The position numbers were made by a program, and so were the translations under genes. Below the pieces are notes generated by a model, which saw only the letters and a list, made by a program, of their open reading frames with translations, was not told the DNA's origin and ran no database searches. From positions 1,922,001 to 1,986,000 of the forward strand of contig NC_089435.1 of NCBI RefSeq assembly GCF_026210795.1: a DNA stretch of 64,000 bases, in the 5' to 3' direction. The DNA is from Rhizophagus irregularis. Its lineage: Eukaryota. Positions 38,928 through 49,825 of the stretch are shown piece by piece; positions within the stretch are counted from its first letter, which is position 1; each line of letters begins with the position of its first letter.

Positions 38928-40272
38928 TTTAAATCAATTAATTTATTTTTGAAGCCATTATTTTATACTTTATTTCTGCTACACGTGAAAATGAGAATTT
39001 AACTCGATTTAATTAAGCAAGAAAAAAATAGAATTATTTTAAACTGGAGCGTTTACTATTGAACATTTATTAATGAAATAAATAACTCCTTTGATTATTA
39101 TAAAACTTTTTAATGAATATTTTAATATTAGATAAAACCAAAGTCATTTTTAAGACAAAAAAAAAGGCAAAGCATTTTATTATTCATTATTGCGTCATAC
39201 CGGTTATTAGTAAGTCATCAGGAGCTCCGACATGTGATTTATATACGACGCAACAATAAAAAATGACTATGGAAGGGTCATACTAATAACACTTGAAATT
39301 TACTATTTTATTTAGTTTTGACTACAAAATGAAAATTTATTGTTTTACTAAAATAATAATTTCTTCTAAATTAATTGTTTTACTTATGATTTAAAAATCT
39401 ATACAGAATGTATCTGAAATACCTATCTCTGGAGTTAACATTGACGTCAGAGGTGCTTAAAGGTTAGGATAAGTATTGGATTAGGGTAAAGATTAGGAAC
39501 CTTTAGGGTTAACGTCGACACTGGAGTTGCTTAGGGTCAGACAAGGCCTGGAATTTTTGGGCCAATGAATAAAATAACCTTTAAACTTGCAATAGACAAA
39601 AAAACAAGATTTCTTTCTCCATGCCGGAACCTGCAAATGGAAAAGTGGAAAAAAAATCTTGAATTTTTTTTTCTCCATCCCGGAACCACCAAATAGAGAA
39701 TTCTCAATGCCGGAACTTACAATGGAAAAAAAAGGCAAGATGTGGAGTTTAATTTATATATAATTTATGCATTCAAACTAAATAAATCCTTTATTCAAAA
39801 AATTGATTTAGAACGTAAGTCATATGTTGTTTATTTAAATCTATTATTTATTATAGACACGCTTAGTCGCCTAACCAAAATCAAATCACGTACCTGAGCT
39901 TTTTTTAATGGTTACGCTAGGGAAGTTCTATACCATACACATACAGTATAGGTTAAATTGGCATTCTAAATTCTTGATTCTAAATTCTTGATTCGTGGCC
40001 CACTTGGTCTTCTTCTGAGCCTTCGTTTAACTCTTCGGTAAAAGTTATATTATTAAAAGTATTATTGACTTTGTCGGTTTGTCCCTTAAAAGGTATACTA
40101 TGAAAATACTTTGAGTAAATGCACTTTACACGATTTATGCAAGAAAAACTACATATCGTGATATTTATGTTAGACCCGATAACAAATATTTTATTAAAAT
40201 TATAATAATTCATAAAAATTGTATCTTTTATTTATAAATTACCTAATTTGTATTAATAATAAAAATATTTTT

Positions 40273-41385
40273 TTATAAATAACTATTAAAATTTAAACCA
40301 AATAGATAATATGGATCAAATGGATCACGCAAATTATAAAAATATAGACAACTCAATACTCTCCTAACTTCTGCTAACATATATCTATCATATCTTAAAT
40401 TAATTCTACAAACTATATAAATAAAACAATTATTATCAATATTTTCACTCATAAATATGAATGGGAAAATTATTGATGCCCAAAAAAAATCTATGACATT
40501 ACAAAATCCATCATACAAATAATAAAGATCAATTATTTCACAAACAAGTATCCTTGTTATTTTAAAATAATAACAAATAGTATAAATACATATGAGCATA
40601 ATGAATAATAATGAATAAATAATTGGAAGCAACATTATGTATAATAATAATAAAATAAAGTAGAATATTTTTTTAAAAAATAAATTATGATTTCTGCACC
40701 TATTTAATAATAATACGAGTTGTTTACGTGTATAATAATTTGATAATAATATTGACGTATATAAAATGATTATAGTTAAGTATATTATATATAATGTATT
40801 TGAAATAATCAAAAAAATTGTTGTGATGGTAAATATATCTAAAATTTGAATTAATTTAAAAAATATTAATTCACAATTATATGATTTGATTTTTTCCAGG
40901 AATTTCGCAGAATTGAAATTCCAACATTTTTTAACAAAATGTATAACTTCTTTGATTTTTTCTAGTATTAAGGTATCTATTAGATATTCGTCAATATATT
41001 GATCACATATATATTTGTAAATTAAGTGTGAAATGGCAACCGTTAAAGAAAGTGAATAAAGCGGATAATCAAGTCTTTGTATGATTGCCATTAATGGATT
41101 GACTGACGAAAGAAATATTCCATATCCAATGAAATATATTAAAATGATAGGAATGTATAATATAATAATTATAGGTGAAAATAATAACAGATAAATTCTT
41201 ATTTTCAAATCATATTCCTTTGCAGTAAAAATAAATGAATATAACTGATATATTGAAGGAAAATACCAAATTAACGTTATTATAAAATTTATTACCATAC
41301 TTAACACATATATAGGTAACAAATATATAAATTCTAGGATTAAAAGAGTCACAAGAGAAATAAACCTTATAATTATTGCAATCAT
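40273..41385 (-). CDS. Uncharacterised multi-pass membrane protein (copy 2)
   Basis: 370-aa intronless ORF with many long hydrophobic segments; strongly similar to 45157 and 47969. Confidence 0.85.
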   Translation of the reverse strand: MIAIIIRFISLVTLLILEFIYLLPIYVLSMVINFIITLIWYFPSIYQLYSFIFTAKEYDLKIRIYLLLFSPIIIILYIPIILIYFIGYGIFLSSVNPLMAIIQRLDYPLYSLSLTVAISHLIYKYICDQYIDEYLIDTLILEKIKEVIHFVKKCWNFNSAKFLEKIKSYNCELIFFKLIQILDIFTITTIFLIISNTLYIIYLTIIILYTSILLSNYYTRKQLVLLLNRCRNHNLFFKKIFYFILLLLYIMLLPIIYSLLFIMLICIYTICYYFKITRILVCEIIDLYYLYDGFCNVIDFFWASIIFPFIFMSENIDNNCFIYIVCRINLRYDRYMLAEVRRVLSCLYFYNLRDPFDPYYLFGLNFNSYL

Positions 41386-41507
41386 TTTATTTTAGAAAAA
41401 TAAAGAGATTAAAAGGTTGTGAAACGCTCCGGATTTAGGGTTTATATAAATAGTCATATGCGTAATTGCGTCATACTTGTATCAGGTGATTTTGACAATG
41501 TTACACG

Positions 41508-41729
41508 ACGAACCTGCCTCCAAAAAATGGTAGCCGGATTAGGGTTAGGACTAGAGTGGATTAGGGTTAGAGGATTAGGATTAGGATTAGGGTAAGTTAT
41601 CAATTTGTCACATCCTAGCTATTCTTCAATTTTATTAAAAACTCTAATTGTCATCCATTAATTGTCACATCATGTAACCCGGCAAAATGAATCCGGATAC
41701 CATTTTTTGGAGGCGACTCTAGGGTGGTT
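41508..41729. mobile_element. 222-bp non-autonomous element with 10-bp flanking direct repeat and internal TTAGGG-like repeats (Mutator-like)
   Basis: atgttacacg at 41498-41507 and 41730-41739. Inverted repeat gcctccaaaaaatggtagccggatt / aatccggataccattttttggaggc. ttagggttagg...ttaggattaggattagggt at ~41538-41593. Confidence 0.65.
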
Positions 41730-41849
41730 ATGTTACACGCAAACACATAAAGCATTAATATCTATAATCGTCATGATGGAAATATGCATAAAATAGATTA
41801 AATAGATTAAGTGGATCGGAATACCACGTCATCAGTAAATATGACAAGT

Positions 41850-42405
41850 GGATCCAATACTCTCCTAATTTCTTCTACCATATATCTTTCATATCTTAAA
41901 TTAATTCTACAAGCTACATAAATAAAATAATTATTATCAATATTCACATCCAGACATAAGAATGGGGAAATTATTGATACCCTCGTGACATATCAAAATC
42001 CATCATCCTTTTTATAAAATCCTATTATTTTACAAACAAATTTCTTTATCATCACAAAATAATAAAAAAAAGCATAAGGTGGTATTAGATAATAAATAAT
42101 AGTAAAAAAATAAGTGGAAACAAAATTATGTAAATTAATAATAAAAATAAATTAAACATTTTTTGGTATCTGTACACTCATAAAATAACATTGTGATTGG
42201 TACGAATGTATTATACCATAATATCAAGAATGGTATATTTAAAATAATTATAGTTATATATTTATGGTATATTTAAAATAGAAACATGAATTAAAGTAAA
42301 AATAGTAATTTGAAATTATGTGATTTGGTTTGTTCGAAAATCTTGCAGAATTGAAATTCCAACATTTTTAACAAAATGTAAAATTTCTTTGATTTTTTCT
42401 AATTT
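41850..42405 (-). pseudogene. 5'-truncated, internally deleted copy of the membrane protein family (copy 3)
   Basis: Nucleotide similarity to 48050-48675, e.g. LEKIKEILHFVK and the caaaatccatcatc and cttaaattaattctac blocks, with frameshifts. Confidence 0.8.
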
Positions 42406-43049
42406 TGTGAAAATTATTTTTATATGTAATTCTTTTGATATAAAAATATAAAAAATATTGGAATTTATTAAAACTATATTATTTATCATTATGTAGAAAT
42501 CATGATTATGCAATTATTTTGATTACTTTTTCTTTAATAAACTTATAAACTACAATAATTCTACTTCTTTATAGGATTGAAATCAATTTAAGATTATCAA
42601 ATTTTGATTCTAAAGTTCAATTTTTGATTAATTAATCATTTTTTATTTATTGCGCACTATTAAATTTGTAGCGGAGCAATTTCAATGATCACAAATTTAA
42701 CATTTAAATCATTGATTTTTATATTTTTGCATTAAATGCATAGATAACAGTGATTGATGGTAATTCTGGCTAAGATTATAATTATAGCCAGATTTAGATC
42801 CATAACAAAAATTTTGTATAACGATACTTTAAATTGTTTATCTGAAACCTCGTGATTTAAAATTTCATAATTTGGGCTGACACTATACAAATCCAAATTA
42901 TAAGTCATTAAAATTAACCAATTTACACAAAATAGTTTAAAAAATATATTTTTATAAACTCTATGTAAATTATTATGTAAGTTATATCAATATGTTTTAG
43001 ATGCAGCACAGAAAATGTGTTAAAATATATTCAAAATTTTATAGTGATC

Positions 43050-44425
43050 AAGTGAAAATGAAATAATACAATATAATTATTATAACTCATTACAGATCAT
43101 TTCATTGTAAAAATGGTAACTATAACTTAATTTATAATAATTAATAATCAGTAAGTAAAGAATATAATGAAAAATTAGTAATTAGAGTTTGTAATTATTC
43201 ATCTTATTATAATATAAATATTAAATAATTATGACTCATTTCTATAAATCATTTTATTGAAAAAAAAAGTTTCAAATTAATTATTTAATTATTTCAAAAA
43301 TATAATGGAAAATTAGTAATCAGAGTTTGTAATTAATCATCTTATTGTAAATATTAATAATTATAACTCATTATAAGTTATTTTATTAAAAGGAAATTAA
43401 GAAGAATGTAATGTTAGTATTTGATCTTATTATAAAAATTAATAATTATGACTCATTATAAGTAATAAAATCAAATAGAGTAAAGTTTATATTAAATATA
43501 ATGTAAAAATTTCTTATAAATAGGAGTAGCTTTGGACCTTTATAAAAATACGATTAATAAATTTTATTTTTAGATGTCACCTTATTCTTAACAATATCAA
43601 CAGAAATTTATTTATTATCCCTGAGTTATCCATCATCGCAGGTGAGTAGGTTTGGATGTTGAGATGTTGAGACGAAGGTTACCTAGTCTCCGTTATTCCG
43701 TAGTTGCGATAAGCCTAAGCAAGCATTTTGCGAAGCTAAAGTGGGTAAGTGACTCTGCAGCACCATATAGTTTTCTATGAAGTAACCATATAGATGATGG
43801 TTGTATGGTATACTTGTAGTGACCATACATACGGTAGTAGTGACCAAAGTGGTATACCTCGGCCACCCTTATGCTCATGGCCACCTGGTCCTAACACTCA
43901 CATTGTATATTTGTAGATGTATGTCACCTTATTCTTAACAATATCAACAGAAATTTATTTATTATCCCTGATATTAGGTGAGTTATTGTGTTCAATTGAG
44001 CTTTAATTGCAATGAAGGCTTTTTTACGATTTAGTACATGGGTCTGCTCACGTATATTTATGTCTAAGGTTTTCCAAATATATTTATTTGTCGGGATTCT
44101 TTGTGAGTCTAGATGAAATCTGGTATATATGCCTGAGTAAGCGTGGATGAGCGTTCTGATATCAGCCTAGTAATTCAATAACTCATTTATCCGAGTGATC
44201 ATAGGATAACCTTTCTTTTATTTCTATTTATAGATCATTTAATTATCTTCAAGTTATTATCATCAAGACCAGGTAGAATTCCAGAAAATTCTTATATAGG
44301 TGAAGTTCCATAAATATTTATTAATAATAGTTCTAAGCAAAAGATTTTATAGTCTAACTTAATTGAATTTTTTGTAATTAGCTAACTTCATTATTAAATA
44401 AAGAAATAAAATATTAAAATATTAA
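43050..44425 (-). repeat. Inverted copy 2 of the 10560-11640 repeat, carrying a 296-bp GC-richer segment between 51-bp direct repeats
   Basis: Reverse-complement identity to copy 1. atgtcacc...tatccctga occurs at 43574-43624 and 43921-43971. Confidence 0.85.
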
Positions 44426-44563
44426 TTAGTTATGGTATGGCTTCAATAGAAAGTGAATTAAATATTAAATAGATTCAATATTTCATTTCTTATAACAGAA
44501 TATTTTAAATTTTTTTTTGAATTTTTTATATTTTTATCTTCACAAAAACACTAATCATGAATT

Positions 44564-44785
44564 CTAAAAAATTTGTACTGTATCTAAATGTTTCCTATGT
44601 TTCTTTAAAGATATTAATTCCTTGATTCTTAATATTATCTCTTGACTCTTCTGATAAATGAGTATTGCATTAAATAACATTTTACATGCAACTTCAGTTA
44701 GGTAATGTTGATCAGTAGGATTATTCCATAAAATCAGTACCATAGTTTCACACCAAATTCTGTTAATCAAAGATACATATATCAA
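44564..44785 (-). pseudogene. F-box fragment (27739 subfamily)
   Basis: SLINRIWCETMVLILWNNP...KMLFNAIL resembles LLVNKIWCEVAVPVLWEIP...IIFNVIL; frameshifted and truncated. Confidence 0.65.
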
Positions 44786-45156
44786 CCAATAAATTTAGTA
44801 AATTTACAAATTTTAAATTGAGCCGCCGACAATAATTTACCGTGATAGACGAGCATTTACCGGTCAAATTAAAATTATAAATTATTCATAATAATATTTG
44901 TCATCAATACTAAAAATCCTGAAAATGAATTGAAAAGATATTTATTTTTATTGATAATTGATAGAATTTTTATTTTTCACCTTAATATTTATATATTTTT
45001 AATAATAACTTTTTATTTAGTAAATTAACTTCATCATAGTCTAAAATATCACATATATAATGAATTTTAATAAGATTATATTTGCTAATAATTAAAATAA
45101 TTATACAGTAAAAATGTATGATAATAGTTCATTAAATGTAATCACTGAAATATATA

Positions 45157-46248
45157 TTATAGATCAAATGGATCAAATGGATTAAACGAATTATTATCAT
45201 AGGATAGGCCAAATGGATCATATATTTTCCTAATTTCTTCTTCTAAACATCTTTCATATCTTAAATTAATTCCACAAACTACATAAATAAAATAAATAAA
45301 ATAACTATTATCAAAGTTTACATCCAGATATAAGAATGGGAAAATTATTAATACCCCAAAAAAGTTCATGACGTTACAAAATCCATCATCTTTTTTATCA
45401 AGTTCTATTATTTTACAAACAAACTTCTTTATCGTCACAAAATAACAATAAAAAGTATAAGGTGGTATAAAAATAATAAATAATAATAGTAAAAAAATAA
45501 TTGGAAACAAAATTATGTAAAGAAATAAAAATAAATAGAACAATTTTCTGCAATATAAAAAATAGAGTATATTAATCGTATTAACTAATGATGCTACTAT
45601 TGATATATATAAAACAATTATAGCTAAATATATTATATATGGTATATTTATAACGAAAAATATTGATGAGATAATAGATAGATCCAAAACATGAATTAAA
45701 GTAAAAAATATTAATTTGCAATTATATGATTTGGTTTGTTCGATTTTTTTCACAAATTTTGCAGAATTGAAATTCCAACATTTTTTAACAAAATGTAAAA
45801 TTTCTTTGATTTTTTCTAATATTAAAGTATCTATTAAATATCCATCAACATAGTAATCACATTTATATTTATAAATTAAGTAAACAATAGCCGCCGTTAA
45901 GGAAAGTGAATAAAGTGGATAACCAGGTCTTTGTATCATTGTTATTAGTGGATTGACTAATAAAAGAAATATTCCATATCCAATGAAACATATTACAATG
46001 ATAGGAATATATAATATAATAATTATAGGGGAAAGTAATAACATATAAATTCTTATTCTCAAATTATATTCCTTTGCTGTAAATATGAATGAATATAATT
46101 GATATATTGAATGGAAATACCAAATTAATGTTATTGTAAAATTTATTATCAAACATAACACATATATAGGTAACAAACATACAAATTCAAGAAGGATGAG
46201 GATTAATAAAATCACAAGAGAAATAAATCTTATAATTATTGAAGTCAT
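45157..46248 (-). CDS. Uncharacterised multi-pass membrane protein (copy 4)
   Basis: 363-aa intronless hydrophobic ORF, paralog of 40273 and 47969, with a C-terminal DPF repeat. Confidence 0.85.
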   Translation of the reverse strand: MTSIIIRFISLVILLILILLEFVCLLPIYVLCLIINFTITLIWYFHSIYQLYSFIFTAKEYNLRIRIYMLLLSPIIIILYIPIIVICFIGYGIFLLLVNPLITMIQRPGYPLYSLSLTAAIVYLIYKYKCDYYVDGYLIDTLILEKIKEILHFVKKCWNFNSAKFVKKIEQTKSYNCKLIFFTLIHVLDLSIISSIFFVINIPYIIYLAIIVLYISIVASLVNTINILYFLYCRKLFYLFLFLYIILFPIIFLLLLFIIFIPPYTFYCYFVTIKKFVCKIIELDKKDDGFCNVMNFFGVLIIFPFLYLDVNFDNSYFIYFIYVVCGINLRYERCLEEEIRKIYDPFGLSYDNNSFNPFDPFDL

Positions 46249-47158
46249 TTTATTTTAGAAAAAAGATAAAAAGATGATTCGATTGAAACGCTCCTTATAT
46301 AAAATAATTGTGTGCATGATTGCGTCATAATTGTGTAATGTGATTTTGTCCATTATAAGCAGTGTTTATTTTTACAAAATTGTCGATCATCACTTGACCC
46401 AAACAAAAAGAAATTTTATGATTTCTCACAAACTACCATATAAATTTTTCAGATATATAAATATAAAGAAGCCAAGCATGCAATTTATCTATTTAACAAA
46501 TATTAAATTAATTGTTTTTGATCTTTTTGAATGTATTTAGATTTTTAAAGTAATATGACTAAAGGTAAAAAATAAAATGGTAATAGGAAAATTTTTTATT
46601 TGAATAAGTAATGCACAATGATTTTTAATATAAATATTCTTAATTAACACACTATTAACCAGTGAAGTTTCATAGGTTTAAAGTTAATTTGAAGGTACTA
46701 TTTTCTCTAGGTGATTCGAAACTTGCTAAAGGAGTTTCGCATCTTAATGGCGACTTCATATTGTTATAAACCTTATTTGTACTATATTTTATTAAAGTTT
46801 ATTTGAAAGACAAAAACTCTGGCTTTCTAATTAATATTTTTAACAGTTTTACAACAGATATTGAGAAGCAAAAAAATGATCATCTTTTTTTAGCCATTTG
46901 ATCACCTCTACCCTTAAAAAGTATCTGAATTTTTACTCTTAATTCTTTAGGTAAAGTTAGTGAGGGCACTCTGTGAATTTGTAAAATACATATATTGAAC
47001 TACTCCTGAGAAAATTCATTTTTGATCAGCACCAGTCTAGTGTCAAATGACTCCGTACAAACAAAATGCGCTTTTCACGCAGATATATTGATCAATAAAT
47101 TTAGTAAATTTACAAATTTTAAATTGGGCCGCCGACAATTAATTAGCCGTGGTGGACG

Positions 47159-47694
47159 TAGAGATGTGCCACGCGCATTATGCGTTACATGATGTGATGC
47201 ACATAATGCGCATTATGCGCATGATACCGTATTCATCGGAAAATAAGCAACCCCGAAAATAAGTAACATGGGCGGAATTATGGAATTTTTTGGCCCGCAT
47301 TACTAAATCTTGGCCTGCATTACGTGCAAAAAGTTGTTGCTTATTTTCGGATGAATACGGTAAATTATATAATGTTTTATTATATCGTAATTTTGGTAAA
47401 AATTATACCTTAACTCTATCTAGAATTATAGTTTTAACGAAAATGTTATTTACAAATAAGTAGATTTTTACAAAAAAAAATTGTTTTTTTGTAGCAAAAA
47501 AGTTTCTCTAACATCATCTGCTGCATCTGAAAAGAAATTGGTTGGCATTTGTATATATTCATAATATATTGAAATGATTATATTTTTTTGACCTTAAACA
47601 ACAGTACTATGTATTATGCGCATAATCCATATGATGCGTATTATGCGCATTATGCGCATTATAAAATGAAAATTTCGCATTTTACCCATCCCTA
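47159..47694. mobile_element. hAT-like non-autonomous element (536 bp)
   Basis: Termini tagagatg / catcccta and subterminal gcgcattatgcgc repeats. Absent from the paralogous site at ~44850. Confidence 0.7.
47227..47360. mobile_element. Tc1/mariner/pogo-like MITE (134 bp) nested in the hAT-like element
   Basis: ta|ccgtattcatcggaaaataagcaac ... gttgcttattttcggatgaatacgg|ta; 25-bp TIR and TA duplication. Confidence 0.85.
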
Positions 47695-47968
47695 AATTTA
47701 CCAGTTAAATTAATTAAAATTATAATTATTCATAATAAAATTTGTCATCTATAATAAAGATGAACTTAAAAAGATGTTTATAAAATTATCTATTGATAAC
47801 TGATAGCATTTTTATTTTTCACTTTAATATTTATTTAGTTAATTAACTTCATGGTCTAAAATATAACACATATATAAATAATTTTAATAAGATTACATTT
47901 GAAAATAATTAAAATAATTATAAAAATATAATAGTTATTTCATAAGAAGCATTAATATCATAATATCA

Positions 47969-49102
47969 TTAAATGTCATCATGAAAATATATAACTGAAA
48001 GTAGATTAAATGGATCAAGTGGATCAAACATATTATCAGTATATGTGCCAAATGGATCCAATACTTTCCTAATTTCTTCTACCATATATCTTTCATATTT
48101 TAAATTAATTCTACAAACTACATAAATAAAATAACTATTATCAATATTTATATCCAGATATATGAATGGGAAAATTATTGATGCCCAAAAAAAGCTCATG
48201 ACGTTACAAAATCCATCATCTTTTTTATAAAATTCTATTATTTCACAAACAAATTTACTTATCATCACAAAATAATAATAAAAAGCATAAGGTGGTATAA
48301 GAATAATAAATAATAGTAAAAAAATAAGTGGAAACAAAATTGTGCAAAATATTAATAAAAATAAATAGAAACATTTTTTGTAAGATAAACTATTTGAATA
48401 CTTATTAAATAATAATGCTGGTAGTCCAATCGTATTACACCATGATGCCAATATTGACATATTTAAAGTAATTATAGCTATATATATAATATATGGTATG
48501 TTTATAACGAAAAACATCGTTGAGATAATAGATAGATCCAAAAAATGAATTAAAGTAAAAAATATTGATTCGCAATTATATGATTTGGTTTGTTCGATTT
48601 TTTCCAGAAATTTTGCAGAATTGAAATTCCAACATTTTTTAACAAAATGTAAAACTTCTTTGATTTTTTCTAATATTAAAGTATCTATTAAATACTCATC
48701 AACATAGTAATCGCATTTATATTTATAAATTAAGCAAGCAATAGCAGCCGTTAAAGAAAGTGAATAAAGTGGATAACCAGGTCTTTGTATCATTGTTATT
48801 AGTGGATTGACTAATAAAAGAAATATTCCATATCCAATGAAACATATTACAATTATAGGAATATATAATATAATAATTATAGGGGAGAACAATAATGTAT
48901 AAATCCTAATTCTCAAATTATATTCTTTTGCTGTAAATATGAATGAATATAACTGATATATTGAAGGTAAATACCATATTAATGTTATTATAAAATTAAT
49001 TATCAAACTTAGCACATATATGGGTGACAAATATATAAATTCAAGAAGGATGAGGATTAAAAGAGCCACAAGAGAAATAAATTTTATAATTATTGAAGTC
49101 AT
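47969..49102 (-). CDS. Uncharacterised multi-pass membrane protein (copy 5)
   Basis: 377-aa intronless hydrophobic ORF, closest to 45157. Confidence 0.85.
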   Translation of the reverse strand: MTSIIIKFISLVALLILILLEFIYLSPIYVLSLIINFIITLIWYLPSIYQLYSFIFTAKEYNLRIRIYTLLFSPIIIILYIPIIVICFIGYGIFLLLVNPLITMIQRPGYPLYSLSLTAAIACLIYKYKCDYYVDEYLIDTLILEKIKEVLHFVKKCWNFNSAKFLEKIEQTKSYNCESIFFTLIHFLDLSIISTMFFVINIPYIIYIAIITLNMSILASWCNTIGLPALLFNKYSNSLSYKKCFYLFLLIFCTILFPLIFLLLFIILIPPYAFYYYFVMISKFVCEIIEFYKKDDGFCNVMSFFWASIIFPFIYLDINIDNSYFIYVVCRINLKYERYMVEEIRKVLDPFGTYTDNMFDPLDPFNLLSVIYFHDDI

Positions 49103-49289
49103 TTTATTTTAGAACGAAAAAGACCAAAATAAAAAAAAAATATTAAGAGGTTATGAAACACTTATAATGGACAGCTGCATGCACCATCACGTCATACAAG
49201 TTAATTATAGATTTCCCGTAACGCCAATATCAAGTGATTATTGTCTGTACTACATCATGGGAATATAGGGGTCAGTTTATATTCACAAT

Positions 49290-49825
49290 GTGAGTTCACC
49301 GAAAATTATGTCACCGACGGGATCACAGGGTTATTTCACCGAAAATCATTTCACCTAAAATCATTTGAATTTTATTTACTTAATACTGTACTAATTATTA
49401 ATTTTATAGTTACAAGATTTTTTTTTTTTCTTTTTAGTATTTATATTCTTATAACTAATTTTAATAATAAGCGACAATAAGAGTCTCTATCCATATTATA
49501 TGTGACATTAATAAGTATTTTTTATTATATAAAATACATTTTAAAGCTCTTACTAGTGTTTATAAAACAGTATTATTAAATATTTGCATAAACTGGTTAT
49601 TATATTATGAAGTAATATTGAGCAATAAAAATACAAAAAAAAACAACCAATAAATCTTTTTATTATAAAATGATATTTTATGTAAAATTTAGCACTTGTC
49701 GTCAGCGATCGATCCTGGCGGTAAATGATCATCGGTGAAACTATTGTACATGTAGGAGATGACCATTGGTAAGTTGATTGTCGGTAAGTTGATTGTCGGT
49801 GAGATGATTTTCAGTGAGTCCCTTC
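49290..49825. mobile_element. Degenerate fold-back (Mutator-like) element with repeated subterminal motifs
   Basis: Left tcaccgaaaatcatttcacc repeats mirror right ggtgagatgattttcagtga and tandem ggtaagttgattgtc units around an AT-rich core. Confidence 0.5.

Noticed and set aside
41538..41593. True telomere or chromosome end
   Set aside because: Short, degenerate, internal and enclosed by inverted repeats.
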